A DNA stretch of 63,999 nucleotides, filler included, from Globobulimina sp. (GCA_003354225.1; 7 parts of 7 records of this genome joined end to end with filler, not necessarily neighbours in it); one strand, 5' to 3'. Positions 49,100 through 60,325 are shown, counted from the whole stretch's first letter. Notes: generated by a model not told the origin, from the letters alone. Numbers and translations are program-made.

Positions 49100-49675
49100 T
49101 CATAGTTTATTAGTTAGTATTTTTACTTTAGTGCGAGGTAATGTTAATTTGGACGGTCTTTTCTCCACATTGTACGCCTTGCAAATATCTAAGAAATCAG
49201 TGACAATTTTCTCATTTGGTCTTACTTCGTATCCGCACGATTGATTATAATTTTTGCATAATTCATCACCAATTTCAATATCCCGAATTGCAATTAATTT
49301 CCATTTTTGTTTTACGTAAAACTCACCAGTTGTTTTGACATTGGGTGACATTGAATGATTAAAATAGTTATTCCAATGGTGGTCATTTGGTATCAATATT
49401 TTTCCATTCCCTGTTGGCACACTGTGTTCAATGCATTTTCTTATATCTTTAACAGAATTCAATTTCATTAAATACTTTTTAAATTGCATAATATTTGGCA
49501 GCAAAAATAATTTGATATCATTCATATTCAATTCAGCGATTACACTGTTTTTTGCGATAAATTTTGTTGCAAATAAAATACGCCCTTTTTTTAGATCAAC
49601 CACCGATCCAATATAACCTGTATAATGTGTAACATCATGTCTTTCAACAAATAAACTTTTTACTTCTTCAGCCAT
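49100..49675 (-). CDS. Small SET-domain protein
   Basis: GRILFATKFI, YFNHSMSPN and AIRDIEIGDELCKNY. Confidence 0.88.
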   Translation of the reverse strand: MAEEVKSLFVERHDVTHYTGYIGSVVDLKKGRILFATKFIAKNSVIAELNMNDIKLFLLPNIMQFKKYLMKLNSVKDIRKCIEHSVPTGNGKILIPNDHHWNNYFNHSMSPNVKTTGEFYVKQKWKLIAIRDIEIGDELCKNYNQSCGYEVRPNEKIVTDFLDICKAYNVEKRPSKLTLPRTKVKILTNKL

Positions 49676-49779
49676 CTTCCAACAAGTTCGAACTGTGACT
49701 TTTCAAACAGCTTAAAATTCGGTGATCGAACAACTGCCTTACAGTTCATTTTGAAACTAATATTTAGATTCAAGACAGG

Positions 49780-50700
49780 TCAAACATAATTATACAACTT
49801 CATAAACTGTGAATACTTTTGAAATATTTGTTGTTCTGTTTTCTTATCCAATTTCTTTACATTTCCTTTAGTATTCTGATTACTAATATGCGATGGCCAT
49901 AGTTTGCTAATATTATCAGGACCAAACTTATTTATTGGCGCTGTCAATCCGTTCAAATCCATACACACACAATTTAACCAACTCTTACATTGCTTGTTTG
50001 GTTTAATATTATCATTTAAAATTCCAATATGTTTTGCAATTACCTCCAATGCATTGATTTGATCTTTCAGAACATCTTCAAATCCTAAATCTAGAGTGGC
50101 AATTTCTGCCCATTTTAAATGATCTGACACATAGTTATATGGTAAAAACGAAGCCCATCCAACTCTCCGATATGATAATACAACACTCCTTAAATCGCGA
50201 TGACTGATTATAATTTTTGCTTTTAATTGCATTATATCTGATAATTCTTTGTCATTTTTTTTAAATGCATATTCATGTGTTTTTATCAATAAATGTTCAA
50301 TTGCCTCAGCATGGATATCTTTCATTGTTTTTTCATTCATTTGAGATTTTTCATCATTTTGCAATTGATCATCATTTGCATGCACATAACTCAATCGTGC
50401 TAATATTTTATTTTTATTTACTGTATGAATCCAATATGAATTTATACATTGGTTGGAATGTAAAAATAATAATCTTATTGCATTATATAACCACGTTGAC
50501 CCTGATCTTTCTGGTCCGGCAGTGATAATTAATTGTGGCTCATCAAGTATATTAATAAATGATGGGCGTTGTTTTAGAATTGACGACAATGGCGTTCGCC
50601 GAAGCGATTTTTCTGTTGTAGAAAAATGACGATACTCGCACTCATCGTTAGTGCACCATTTTATCTTTTCAAACTGTGAGCAATCTAAATTCGGCAGCAT
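49780..50700 (-). CDS. Sulfotransferase-family protein
   Basis: PAPS-binding-like AGPERSGSTWLYN, LIKTH and SHRDLRSVVLS. Confidence 0.8.
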   Translation of the reverse strand: MLPNLDCSQFEKIKWCTNDECEYRHFSTTEKSLRRTPLSSILKQRPSFINILDEPQLIITAGPERSGSTWLYNAIRLLFLHSNQCINSYWIHTVNKNKILARLSYVHANDDQLQNDEKSQMNEKTMKDIHAEAIEHLLIKTHEYAFKKNDKELSDIMQLKAKIIISHRDLRSVVLSYRRVGWASFLPYNYVSDHLKWAEIATLDLGFEDVLKDQINALEVIAKHIGILNDNIKPNKQCKSWLNCVCMDLNGLTAPINKFGPDNISKLWPSHISNQNTKGNVKKLDKKTEQQIFQKYSQFMKLYNYV

Positions 50701-50752
50701 TAAAACGATGCAAGTGCAAAACTGTAGAGTCCTCCCCTTTTTTTCATTTATA

Positions 50753-52954
50753 ATGGGTAACATTTGTGGTGGTGATGTAAAAGACGAAACAACCGACACA
50801 GCTTTACCAGGTCTACCATTGGACGATATATTTAGTGAAATATCATTAGAATTTCCATGTTATAAAAAATTATCACATTGTTTGGCGGCAAAACGAATAA
50901 GTACAATATTAATCGAGTTTCATAAATTTAAAAATGATCCAAATTCATGTACATATAAAAGTATGTACGAATATATTCAACAATTAGGATCGTATAACAA
51001 TACCAAATTATTAAATGATTACATTCATTTAGTAAATAACCATCAAACAAACGAAGATTATGAAAATGTATACAATTATTTCGTTTCCGAAATGCAAACA
51101 AGATGTGATGCAAAGAATTGTAATAATTTATTCCGAAATCAAAGAGATCGATCAAATGATTATAATACAAATATACGAATGCAATTATATAATACATCAG
51201 AAACAAAAGAAACGAACACACAGCAAACTATTGACAAAATACATTGTTACTGGTTACATACATTCGATTTAGGATACCGGTTAACAATAAATGAAAGACA
51301 AACAATTATTAATAACAATGATAATGATCACGACAACGACAACAAAAACGATAACGATGATGGTATTGACAAAATATTATTGCAGAGACAAAAAATAGTT
51401 CGATCCAAACGCCAACGATTGACGTTGATAGATACAAATAACGCATTATCAGCGTCAGACAACAAAGCACAACCAGCCATATTAAACAATTGCAACAGGA
51501 ACAGAATAAATAATAATAAATGGATCTTAAACAAAGATACAAAAATGAACAAAAGCAGGAACAAGAAGCAAGAAGCAATATATTCGTTTGGTTTTCCATA
51601 TAAATATGGCGAGTCGCATCAAAATGATACATGGTACATAAGATATAAATATTCATCATTTAAACAAGAAATAACATGTAATATTATCCATCAATTATCA
51701 ATGGAACAATTTAATGATTGGCTCGCAGCGTCAGCCGATCATTTATCGTCGGATCATTGTCGCGGCATAAAATATTTAGGAGCTATCATCGGTGTACAAC
51801 ATTTATTATCCATTATGATATATTGCGGCGCCGACGAATTGCAACGATCACTGACGCAAACATATAGGAAATGCAATGAGGCAGAGAGCGATAACGAACT
51901 AATTCATCGACATTCAGAATATGCATATTGGGCTCAATTACTGTATGAAACTGCAAACAATTTTGGCATTAAAGTCAAAAATGGCCCATATGGTAAATTC
52001 TACCATGGCATGGATCATGAGATGACATTTGCATCGACCATTGCTTATTTCCATGGGCCGTTATCCACCTCCTCCGAGTATGAAGTAGCTCTAGTATTCG
52101 CCCTTGCGAATCAGAAGGATAATGGCTTAATTATTGAATTGCGTAATTTAGACGCACTGCATGCCTCTTATTTTGACTGTGCGTGGATCAGTGAATACGG
52201 CTACGAGTCTGAGAAGTTCTTTATTGGGGGCGATTTTGGCTTGATTATAAAGAATATTATTGCACCGATCAGCGCACGCAACTATGAGATATATGTGGAA
52301 TGTCTAAATATTATCCAACAAATGATGAAAGGCAATACGTATGAAACGAACTATTGTGCGCCGCTTGGCAGACATATTAAGAAATGTGTACACAAATTAT
52401 TGCAACATGAATTATCATTATCTGACCCGGGCAGTTACGCGAGATTTAATAAATTACCATTGTACATTGCGAAAACATTGCATTATTATTGTTTGAATGT
52501 GTTTGAGATATCAATTGATTGGCGATCATTGCACGAAATGAATGAAAATACAGTGCACAAAGGATACGGGTTTATAAAAGATATGTTAGTCAGTGCTAGT
52601 TTCAATCAATCTTTTTTGGATTTAAATGTATTGTCGTTGTTATTTCCACATTTACATAAAATAATTGTTTGTAATATCACATTATGTCGTGATGCTATGG
52701 AAGCCATATCGCAATATTGCCAAATAAACAATAATAATAATAATAACAGTCAGGTTGAGGATGATGAGGAAAAGATGAATTATAAAAATAATAAATCATT
52801 GAAATTAAAAGAAATTATTATTTATAGACCGACTAAAACTAATATACAACAAACTATTGATGCTGCAATCGAGGACTATGCGGATGAATTTGCTAAATAT
52901 GGGTGGAAATTATATAAAAAAGCTAAATTTGAATTAGTAATTGCACAAATGTAA
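50753..52954 (+). CDS. Predicted myristoylated Cys/His-domain plus ADP-ribosyltransferase-like protein
   Basis: MGNICGG start; FYHG...FHGPLSTSS...WISEYGYESEKFF; colinear with the central part of the giant gene. Confidence 0.8.
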   Translation: MGNICGGDVKDETTDTALPGLPLDDIFSEISLEFPCYKKLSHCLAAKRISTILIEFHKFKNDPNSCTYKSMYEYIQQLGSYNNTKLLNDYIHLVNNHQTNEDYENVYNYFVSEMQTRCDAKNCNNLFRNQRDRSNDYNTNIRMQLYNTSETKETNTQQTIDKIHCYWLHTFDLGYRLTINERQTIINNNDNDHDNDNKNDNDDGIDKILLQRQKIVRSKRQRLTLIDTNNALSASDNKAQPAILNNCNRNRINNNKWILNKDTKMNKSRNKKQEAIYSFGFPYKYGESHQNDTWYIRYKYSSFKQEITCNIIHQLSMEQFNDWLAASADHLSSDHCRGIKYLGAIIGVQHLLSIMIYCGADELQRSLTQTYRKCNEAESDNELIHRHSEYAYWAQLLYETANNFGIKVKNGPYGKFYHGMDHEMTFASTIAYFHGPLSTSSEYEVALVFALANQKDNGLIIELRNLDALHASYFDCAWISEYGYESEKFFIGGDFGLIIKNIIAPISARNYEIYVECLNIIQQMMKGNTYETNYCAPLGRHIKKCVHKLLQHELSLSDPGSYARFNKLPLYIAKTLHYYCLNVFEISIDWRSLHEMNENTVHKGYGFIKDMLVSASFNQSFLDLNVLSLLFPHLHKIIVCNITLCRDAMEAISQYCQINNNNNNNSQVEDDEEKMNYKNNKSLKLKEIIIYRPTKTNIQQTIDAAIEDYADEFAKYGWKLYKKAKFELVIAQM

Positions 52955-53041
52955 CGGTGAGGATGTAAGTACGTTGTTAATTGTATTGTGTGTGTACTTA
53001 GATTAGTATCAAAACTCACATCATTAAGTCTGAAAACATGA

Positions 53042-54691
53042 TCAGTATTTACCACCACTTATGTCTTTGAAATAATTCCGATGATGGAAAGGTGGCTCTG
53101 GTAATTGGCCGTGTTTCCCTTTATGCCTCAATCGAATGTATTGATAGATTTGGTTCATTCTCAGTCTAGTTATATTCAGACAATTTGCATGCTTTACTGC
53201 CAATGATCTCTCACTAATCACAACATTCTTTGGCTTGATCATTTCTCGCATCCTTTCATATCTTTTTATTGTTTCCACATCATTCCTTTCCCATCGCTGT
53301 CCGTTATCACATGAATAGTTCGGACATGAATCGCTAAATTCTGGTGAAATGGAATAGAAATTGTGTCCATTAATAAACCAATCTTCAAAGAAAGTATTTA
53401 AGTCTGGATAATCATTTCTCACTGAATTACAAAAAGAATATGTTAAATTATCCGATTGTGGCGTGATTTCATCATCTAACAAGTCATCGAAATATAAATG
53501 GCAACAAGTGACACGCGCATATTTTTCCGTCAGTGGCTTCGCATATTTCCAATGTCCAGTAATCCTATGATGTGCTTCATTTTCTCCGTTGATATTCCAA
53601 TTATCAATGTGCCACTCATACTTATCATGTTCAAACATATACGCATAATTCATCAATAATGAATATTCAGAATACGGCTTATTGCTAAAATTGGACGCAA
53701 AAAACATGAATGCTCTCTCAAATGAAAAACTATCCACATCGCTCGGATCGTTGCCCAAAACATATAACAACGTTCGGTCCATTTCAGTATTGTTTAAAGC
53801 ATATTTGTCGTCAATGTTGAAACTCAATTTATCATAATTTGGATGTGTTTGATTGAAATGCAACACAAATTTTAGATAATGTCTTCTCATAACTTCGGTA
53901 AAATACTTTCGAAAGTTTATTAAAGTGGAGGTGTGGTATAACTGTGGCAGCATTGTCATGCCGTCAATTAAAAACTTGCCGAATAATAACTCACAGGACG
54001 CGCTCCAATCATGTTGACGAGCAGCACCACCATAAATATTGGAGGCCACTAACTTTATTTTATTGGTGGCATCGTCAATGAAGTCGTGACGGCTTGGCAT
54101 GGCAATGAATGGTGAGTCTGTGTCCAACATTATGATGATGTCTTGCTTGGTATATTTATCTAATTGCAGTGTGCTGTATTGCTGTCGATCATAGCCTGTC
54201 AAATATAATTTGTTCCAGTATTTTGGCAATGTTTCTTTCTTAAATATTACATTTAAAATGGGTGCTAATGTGGAGCGCGCATCGTCATCCATCCAATAGC
54301 TCGGATAATAGCGATCTTCATCTAAAACAATTATCAAATTGTGCGCTAAATTCTCGTTCCAAAACGCCAACAATGATGGAAATACGGATTGGTAGAACTG
54401 GGAGACGGGGTCCACTAATATTGTACTGCGGATCATCAAAGCAAAAGTCAGCAATTCATCTGATGATTTGAAGTTTTTTAGATCATTCCGCTTATTCTCT
54501 TGCAAAATTGCATGCTTTTTGACGGGATTTGATACTAAGTCTAAATGTGCGTGTTCATTCTGCACATGTAAAAAACCAAAATAAATGATAAAAGTTACGA
54601 TTAACCAAACTAGAATCAACATCGCTAATGTCTTCTTTCTGCTTAATTTACAATTTGACACACCATCCAAACTCGAGAAAACGAGCTTCAT
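53042..54691 (-). CDS. Type II membrane protein, putative glycosyltransferase
   Basis: Single N-terminal TM segment; GYDRQQ, DxD motif IIMLDTDS, and YSEYSLLMNY. Confidence 0.6.
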   Translation of the reverse strand: MKLVFSSLDGVSNCKLSRKKTLAMLILVWLIVTFIIYFGFLHVQNEHAHLDLVSNPVKKHAILQENKRNDLKNFKSSDELLTFALMIRSTILVDPVSQFYQSVFPSLLAFWNENLAHNLIIVLDEDRYYPSYWMDDDARSTLAPILNVIFKKETLPKYWNKLYLTGYDRQQYSTLQLDKYTKQDIIIMLDTDSPFIAMPSRHDFIDDATNKIKLVASNIYGGAARQHDWSASCELLFGKFLIDGMTMLPQLYHTSTLINFRKYFTEVMRRHYLKFVLHFNQTHPNYDKLSFNIDDKYALNNTEMDRTLLYVLGNDPSDVDSFSFERAFMFFASNFSNKPYSEYSLLMNYAYMFEHDKYEWHIDNWNINGENEAHHRITGHWKYAKPLTEKYARVTCCHLYFDDLLDDEITPQSDNLTYSFCNSVRNDYPDLNTFFEDWFINGHNFYSISPEFSDSCPNYSCDNGQRWERNDVETIKRYERMREMIKPKNVVISERSLAVKHANCLNITRLRMNQIYQYIRLRHKGKHGQLPEPPFHHRNYFKDISGGKY

Positions 54692-54793
54692 TTTTGAGGC
54701 GGTTTTGGTTTGGAACAAGAAGGAGAAAATACTGTTATTCAACACAAAACGTAACAAGTTATTCAGTTTAATTTCAACAATACAGTCAAGTTA

Positions 54794-56473
54794 TTACAAG
54801 ATACTCAAAGCATCCTCGAGATACAGATTGATTTTATTATAAATTTGTATAATTTGCGGCGATGTGAGGTTATTAAAGAATCTTCGCACCGACGTAATAT
54901 TGGTCACAATATCGATAAATTGCTTTCCGTTAATTTTTTTCGATCGTATTTTCTGACAAATCTGATAGAATTTATTCGTTTGACACCATTTTATTAATCT
55001 TTTAAAGGACCAATCCGATAAATTACCAAAATAATGACAAAACCGCAATTTAATCTCCTTGGATTTATTCACTTTGTTCACACACAACATATCATTCAAT
55101 ACATCGAACTCTGAGCAATACCGCAAACTTTGGAGTTTCTCATTGATTTCTCGCAAATCCATGCATAATTTGAACTCATTTAATAATTTCTTGATAATTA
55201 ATATCCATTCCTCCTCATCCGCGTCATTCTCATTCTCATTCTCATCAACGTCGTCAATTAAATCGACAATATCTGGCCGCGGCGCTGCATGGCTCGGCGC
55301 ATTGATACAATCCACCGACGATAAAGCCGCTGAGAAATCCACCGATGATAAGGCCGCCGAGCAACGCTTCTTTTTCTCATAGTCTGTAAAGAAATTGTTG
55401 CTATTATTATTATTCGCATTTGTCACCTCGTTATTGCACAAATCGTACGACTGCACAGCTGCACTTTGCTGGTTTTTCAAATTATGAATGGTTTGCAATT
55501 GAATCTTATTATCATTACAGATTAATTCTTGCTGATTTTGTTTGATTTTCTCTATATTTTGTCTCAAATAATTGATTTTCTTATCATTAAATCTCAAGTT
55601 TTTCCAAGTTTGCCAGTTTGGATTTGCTCGCAATTTTTGATATAAATCGTGATAAATATGGTTATGATTTTGCTTTAATTGGTTTAATAAGAACGAGATT
55701 TGCATTCGATTGCCAATATCGATCATATTTATGTATTTTATAAATAATATTTGCTCGTCGCATATTTTGCGCGCATTCCATAATTGTTCAAACAATATTT
55801 TGATCAACAATTTGCACTGTGAGATGGTGGATATATTTAACGAATCTTGCGATAATAAATAGGATAATTCATGCGAATTATTCTCAAATTTGCGTAGTGA
55901 TTCAATGATGGACTCGTAGCCATTGTCAGTGTCGCGCATTACCAATGGCCTTGCGGCTGTGGTGATATTTGCGATCAATTCCTGTGTTTCGTCATTTTTC
56001 TTGTCATTGCTATCCATATTCAATTCAAAGCGTGGCACATTAAATTTAATTGGCTTATTTTTCGTTTTATTTTTATTTTTCTTTTCGTTTTTTTTCTTCT
56101 CTTCTTCTTTGCGTAATAATTGCAATTTGGATCGAAATTTATCGTTGTCGCCACATGAAAGTTTATTGTCGTTGGTGTCGTTATTGTTATTATTATTATT
56201 GCCGACAATGTTATTTTCTTTACATTTTTTAATCACATTGGCAAAATTAGAGGTAGTGGAAACTAACAATTCATTGTGATATTTGGAATAATGTTCGTGT
56301 AATGATGGTGATGGCATTTCACTTAAACAGATAACACAAACCATTTTTGTGTTATTGTTATTGTTGCTGTTGTTGCTATTATTATTGCCATCGTAATCCA
56401 CATCATTTACATTGAATTTTCGTTTTTTTCGTGGCGTGTTAGCAGCATTTATATATTTCTCTCTATTACTCAA
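54794..56473 (-). CDS. Asn-rich hypothetical protein with one C2H2-type finger and a possible C-terminal SAM-like domain; 5' end uncertain
   Basis: CVIC..HYSKYH; LSDWSFKRLIKWC..KKINGKQF; 27-bp internal duplication (SAALSSVD x2). Confidence 0.65.
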   Translation of the reverse strand: MSNREKYINAANTPRKKRKFNVNDVDYDGNNNSNNSNNNNNTKMVCVICLSEMPSPSLHEHYSKYHNELLVSTTSNFANVIKKCKENNIVGNNNNNNNDTNDNKLSCGDNDKFRSKLQLLRKEEEKKKNEKKNKNKTKNKPIKFNVPRFELNMDSNDKKNDETQELIANITTAARPLVMRDTDNGYESIIESLRKFENNSHELSYLLSQDSLNISTISQCKLLIKILFEQLWNARKICDEQILFIKYINMIDIGNRMQISFLLNQLKQNHNHIYHDLYQKLRANPNWQTWKNLRFNDKKINYLRQNIEKIKQNQQELICNDNKIQLQTIHNLKNQQSAAVQSYDLCNNEVTNANNNNSNNFFTDYEKKKRCSAALSSVDFSAALSSVDCINAPSHAAPRPDIVDLIDDVDENENENDADEEEWILIIKKLLNEFKLCMDLREINEKLQSLRYCSEFDVLNDMLCVNKVNKSKEIKLRFCHYFGNLSDWSFKRLIKWCQTNKFYQICQKIRSKKINGKQFIDIVTNITSVRRFFNNLTSPQIIQIYNKINLYLEDALSIL

Positions 56474-56574
56474 CTTAGCTTCGTCTCACCATTGCGTTTA
56501 GATTATGATGATCTGGGCGGCCGGTTTTAATTGCGGCTTTATCTTTGCCCTCCCACTTTACGTTTCGTGTGGGG

Positions 56575-56674
56575 NNNNNNNNNNNNNNNNNNNNNNNNNN
56601 NNNNNNNNNNNNNNNNNNTTAATTAATTAANNNNNNNNNNNNNNNNNNNNNNNNNNNNNNNNNNNNNNNNNNNN
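56575..56674. other. Artificial contig spacer
   Basis: N44-TTAATTAATTAA-N44. Confidence 0.98.
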
Positions 56675-56758
56675 TGCAAATATTCGACTCATAACACAGT
56701 TCAACAAAAAGGTTGGCAAATGTGTACATAAATAATTAATTAGAAGGTTTGTAAATGC

Positions 56759-57250
56759 TTAGAGTTTAATATGTGTTTTATAATGTATTTGTAATGAATG
56801 TTTTCGAACGAATGTTTTTTTGCATTGTCTGCAAACAAAAGGCTTTGCCTGTAATCCATCGCAATGAATATACTTTTTATGTTTTCTGAGTGCGGCCGGA
56901 TCTTTAAATCCCTTTAAGCAAAATTTACAAACTTCATCTCTTTCCTCATTATGTATTCTTTCATGAATCTGTAAATCTTTTTTTGCTCCAAATCTTTTAC
57001 CACATTTTAAACATTCAAATAACTTCAAATGAATCTTTTTGTGATTGTTAAATGGCCCCAATCCATCAAATACTTTGTTACATCCATTATAATCGCATAA
57101 GTAAAAAGATGCTTTATTCAATTTTTTATTTTTATTTGTTTTAATTTTTCTTTTTGATTTTTGATATGCATGGCATTGATGTTTAAATTCCTTTTTATGC
57201 TTTTTTAATTCAACTTTATTTAAAAATATTCTGCAGCATTCATGACACAC
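56759..57250 (-). CDS. C2H2 zinc-finger protein (about five fingers), ends uncertain
   Basis: Repeated CxxC...HxxxH, for example FECLKCGKRFGAKKDLQIHERIH. Confidence 0.88.
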   Translation of the reverse strand: MCHECCRIFLNKVELKKHKKEFKHQCHAYQKSKRKIKTNKNKKLNKASFYLCDYNGCNKVFDGLGPFNNHKKIHLKLFECLKCGKRFGAKKDLQIHERIHNEERDEVCKFCLKGFKDPAALRKHKKYIHCDGLQAKPFVCRQCKKTFVRKHSLQIHYKTHIKL

Positions 57251-57761
57251 TGAGACTTATTATTTTATTTTATTGCAGATAAAAATTGTCAGAAATTTAT
57301 GCAAAATATTGCATCATATTTACATACATGCATAGGAGCACACTTTTCGGTGCTTGAGAATTTCGTGAAGGGATTTTGTTATTTTACGTTGACAGACGCA
57401 TAGCTCACGGCATAGCTCACCAGGGATACGAATTTGGAGCGTTATTGTTTTGATTGGATATACGTGACTTCGGTGGCGAATTCATACTGATATTATGTTG
57501 CATAAATGGCTGTAGCATGCAAAGATTTAAGTTTTGCTAAAAGCTCTAGTTTTTTGCAAAGTATTAATACTAATCATGGACACCTCGTATATGAGTAGCT
57601 TATCATATGTTGTTTAGCCTATTCAAATTCAAATAAACTTTGCTCAAAACTTTTTTTATGGTTCGCTCTTTTAGATAACATCTCGAAAATCTTCCCAACC
57701 AAGAAAGGTCGTACACAATCATCTATCGGCCCATTATCTACATTCAATATTCCGTACAGTG

Positions 57762-60325
57762 ATGCAAATAGATACTTACGATGATGACTTGGACACAGCA
57801 CTATTAATCATTGGTTTTATCAAAGAACACTGCTGCCTATCACCCAAACTATTGACTTTTCCGGAAATTATTGATATCATACAATTATTCTATTTCTCTG
57901 ATGGTCCCATTACAAATACTACCAACACACTCATTGACCCACCACAACCAACACCGACGCCAGAACCAATGGTAATTATCAATGAAGAATCGCATGAATT
58001 AAAAGAAAGAAATTCTATCGAACCATCTCTATTATTGGTCGACGGATATATTCGACAAATATCCTCTTTATGCAAGCTCTCCATCTCAGCGGTTATCAAT
58101 AATTTAATAAACTCATTTTACACCAAAATGAATGGTACTACTTTTGTATGGAAAATTGATAATAAATCAAACTTATTAAACAAATTATTATCGAATGCAG
58201 GCGCTGGCACAGAAAGTGTGCATTTTGACAGTGATGTTTTTGAGGTGACCTCTGTCATAAAAGACGAACCAAAAAAAACAAAAACAAATAAAACACAATG
58301 CAGTTACTGCAACAATAACGGCTGTTGTTCGCATTGCAATCGCATCAATAATTTATCATTAAAATATTATTTAGCACTCTTCCCGAATGGGACGGATACG
58401 AATACTGTCGGACAGTTTGCGTTGCAGATCAATTTAGTTTCTATTCCCGGTATGTTGGAAAGCATTGCCTTTATTTATAATATATATTGCCACGAATTAA
58501 ATCATTGTTGGTCGTCTTCGTCAAATCATAACAATTTCAACGCCGACGGAAAAGTGACAAAATGTGTGCCGCAGAGCATAAATACGAATGAGATTAAGGT
58601 TTTGTATGAATTGAACCGGATGGAATGCCTTACTTTTTATTGTACCATCGATATTGGACACGTTGCATTGCAGCATTGCAGTAAAAATAATAAATATAGG
58701 TTTAATCCCATTTATTATTTTGATAAAAAATATTACTTAAATAACTATAAAAATGCCATGTTTAGGTACGATATGTTTTGAGTTATTTTGCAATTTGGAA
58801 TTAGATGCAATTTGGAATATATTTTGTCGACATTTGCTTGACATTAAAGTAACAAATGTCGGCAAAATGCTATCTCATAACATCAAAACACAACAAAATA
58901 ACTGAAAATGTCAGCAAATTTATGATGGTGAATGATAAATGGAAGTGTGAATGGAATTTAATGTCAGCTACAATGTCCAAATTAAAACTAACAAATATTT
59001 CAAATACATTTATAGTCAGCGATATATTCTTCAATATGTGGCTGTTGACCTTAGATAACAAAAAAATAGACTCGCCTGAAAAGGATGACATTGGCACAGT
59101 GTCCACAATCGGCTTACAATTGTGTTCATTGCCAAGCAACATCTCATCCATTGTGGTGCAAATAAAATTCATTTGCCTGCAATCGCAAAGCAAAAGTTGT
59201 TGGAGCGCAGTCAAGAAATTCAACACTGAAAATAAAATCTACCGCGGACAAGAGATCATAATGCCGGACAATGACACCGTAAATAGGTTGGCCATCGTTT
59301 GCGATATAACCGTCATTGAAGCCTTTGACAAGAAAGGCAATGAAATGAGTTCCTGCATAAACTCTGAAATTATGGATTTAAATTATAACTCTTCCACTGC
59401 AGGACATGCGTTTGAACCATTGATTGTTTCTCATGGCGACTTGTTTGGGCATGGAATGAGGGAATATTTCCAACATATTTGTATCTCGAAAGATGGTGAA
59501 TTTGAACATATTTCGGTAGAGGAGTTGCATAAACATGATCGCGTAAAAAACCCTAATGCTTTTTTTCGTAATTTCACAAATCTCATTGATGCCCAACATA
59601 TTGACAATAATTCAGATTTGAACGAGTTTACTGATTTGCACAGAATCGGGACGCAAGGATGGAACTTTATACCTTTTGAGGAGAATAAAAGGAAAAATAG
59701 CAAACGGAGAGCGACTAAATTATATTACCAACATGTTGGGATTGCGAAGCCATTTCTAAATAAACAAAATGAAGAGTTAAGGTTCGAGGATATGTATAAA
59801 AAATGTGCGAGTAAGCAAAGCAGTTATAATATATTTGAAGATAAGAAAATATTTCTGCAAAGCAAGAATGATAAATATTTTGAGGAAATGAAGGAGAATA
59901 TGCAAAATTTGGTAGTTAAAATAAGTGAAATGTGTAACAAATTGGACGTGGACAAGGAAGCGGAGTCAGTGGATGATAAACAATGCAATGGGAATGAGGA
60001 TGCGGATGAGTTTAAAATGTGGTATGATGATAAGATTGGATTGGATGAATATTATGGTAGTTTTATTGAAAATGGTTGGAATGAAATGGAGATTTTGGAT
60101 GCATTGACAGAGAGAAACTTAATTCAAATGAAAATCGAAAAAGAAGGGCACAAAATTAAAATATTAAGGAAGATTAAGGAATTGAAAAGTAAAAAAATTG
60201 ACATAACTGATAATAGTAACAACAAAAATATACAGAAAATTGAACATAATTTAACTTTGAAAGCTATTGTCTTTCTGGTTGTTTTCATTTTGGTTTGTAA
60301 CATGTTTTTATTATTCAAAGATTAA
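57762..60325 (+). CDS. Protein with MATH-like domains, two GLEBS-like motifs, a SAM domain and a C-terminal TM anchor; intron 58766-58914
   Basis: The intron joins the ORFs in frame. FVWKI..FDSDVF..YYLALFPNG; SAM IGLDEYYGSFIENGW..LTERNLIQMKIEKEGHKIKIL; hydrophobic tail. Confidence 0.75.

Noticed and set aside
48129-54757. PhlG-SET-sulfotransferase-ART-glycosyltransferase run as a bacterial operon or contaminant
   Set aside because: Strands alternate, composition matches the host, and the ART gene has a paralogue on another contig. Functional clustering is unsupported.
9398-56674. Regular ~9.4-kb spacing of TTAATTAATTAA as a biological repeat, telomere or nanochromosome end
   Set aside because: It is always embedded in exactly 44+44 Ns and is a six-frame stop linker used to join contigs.
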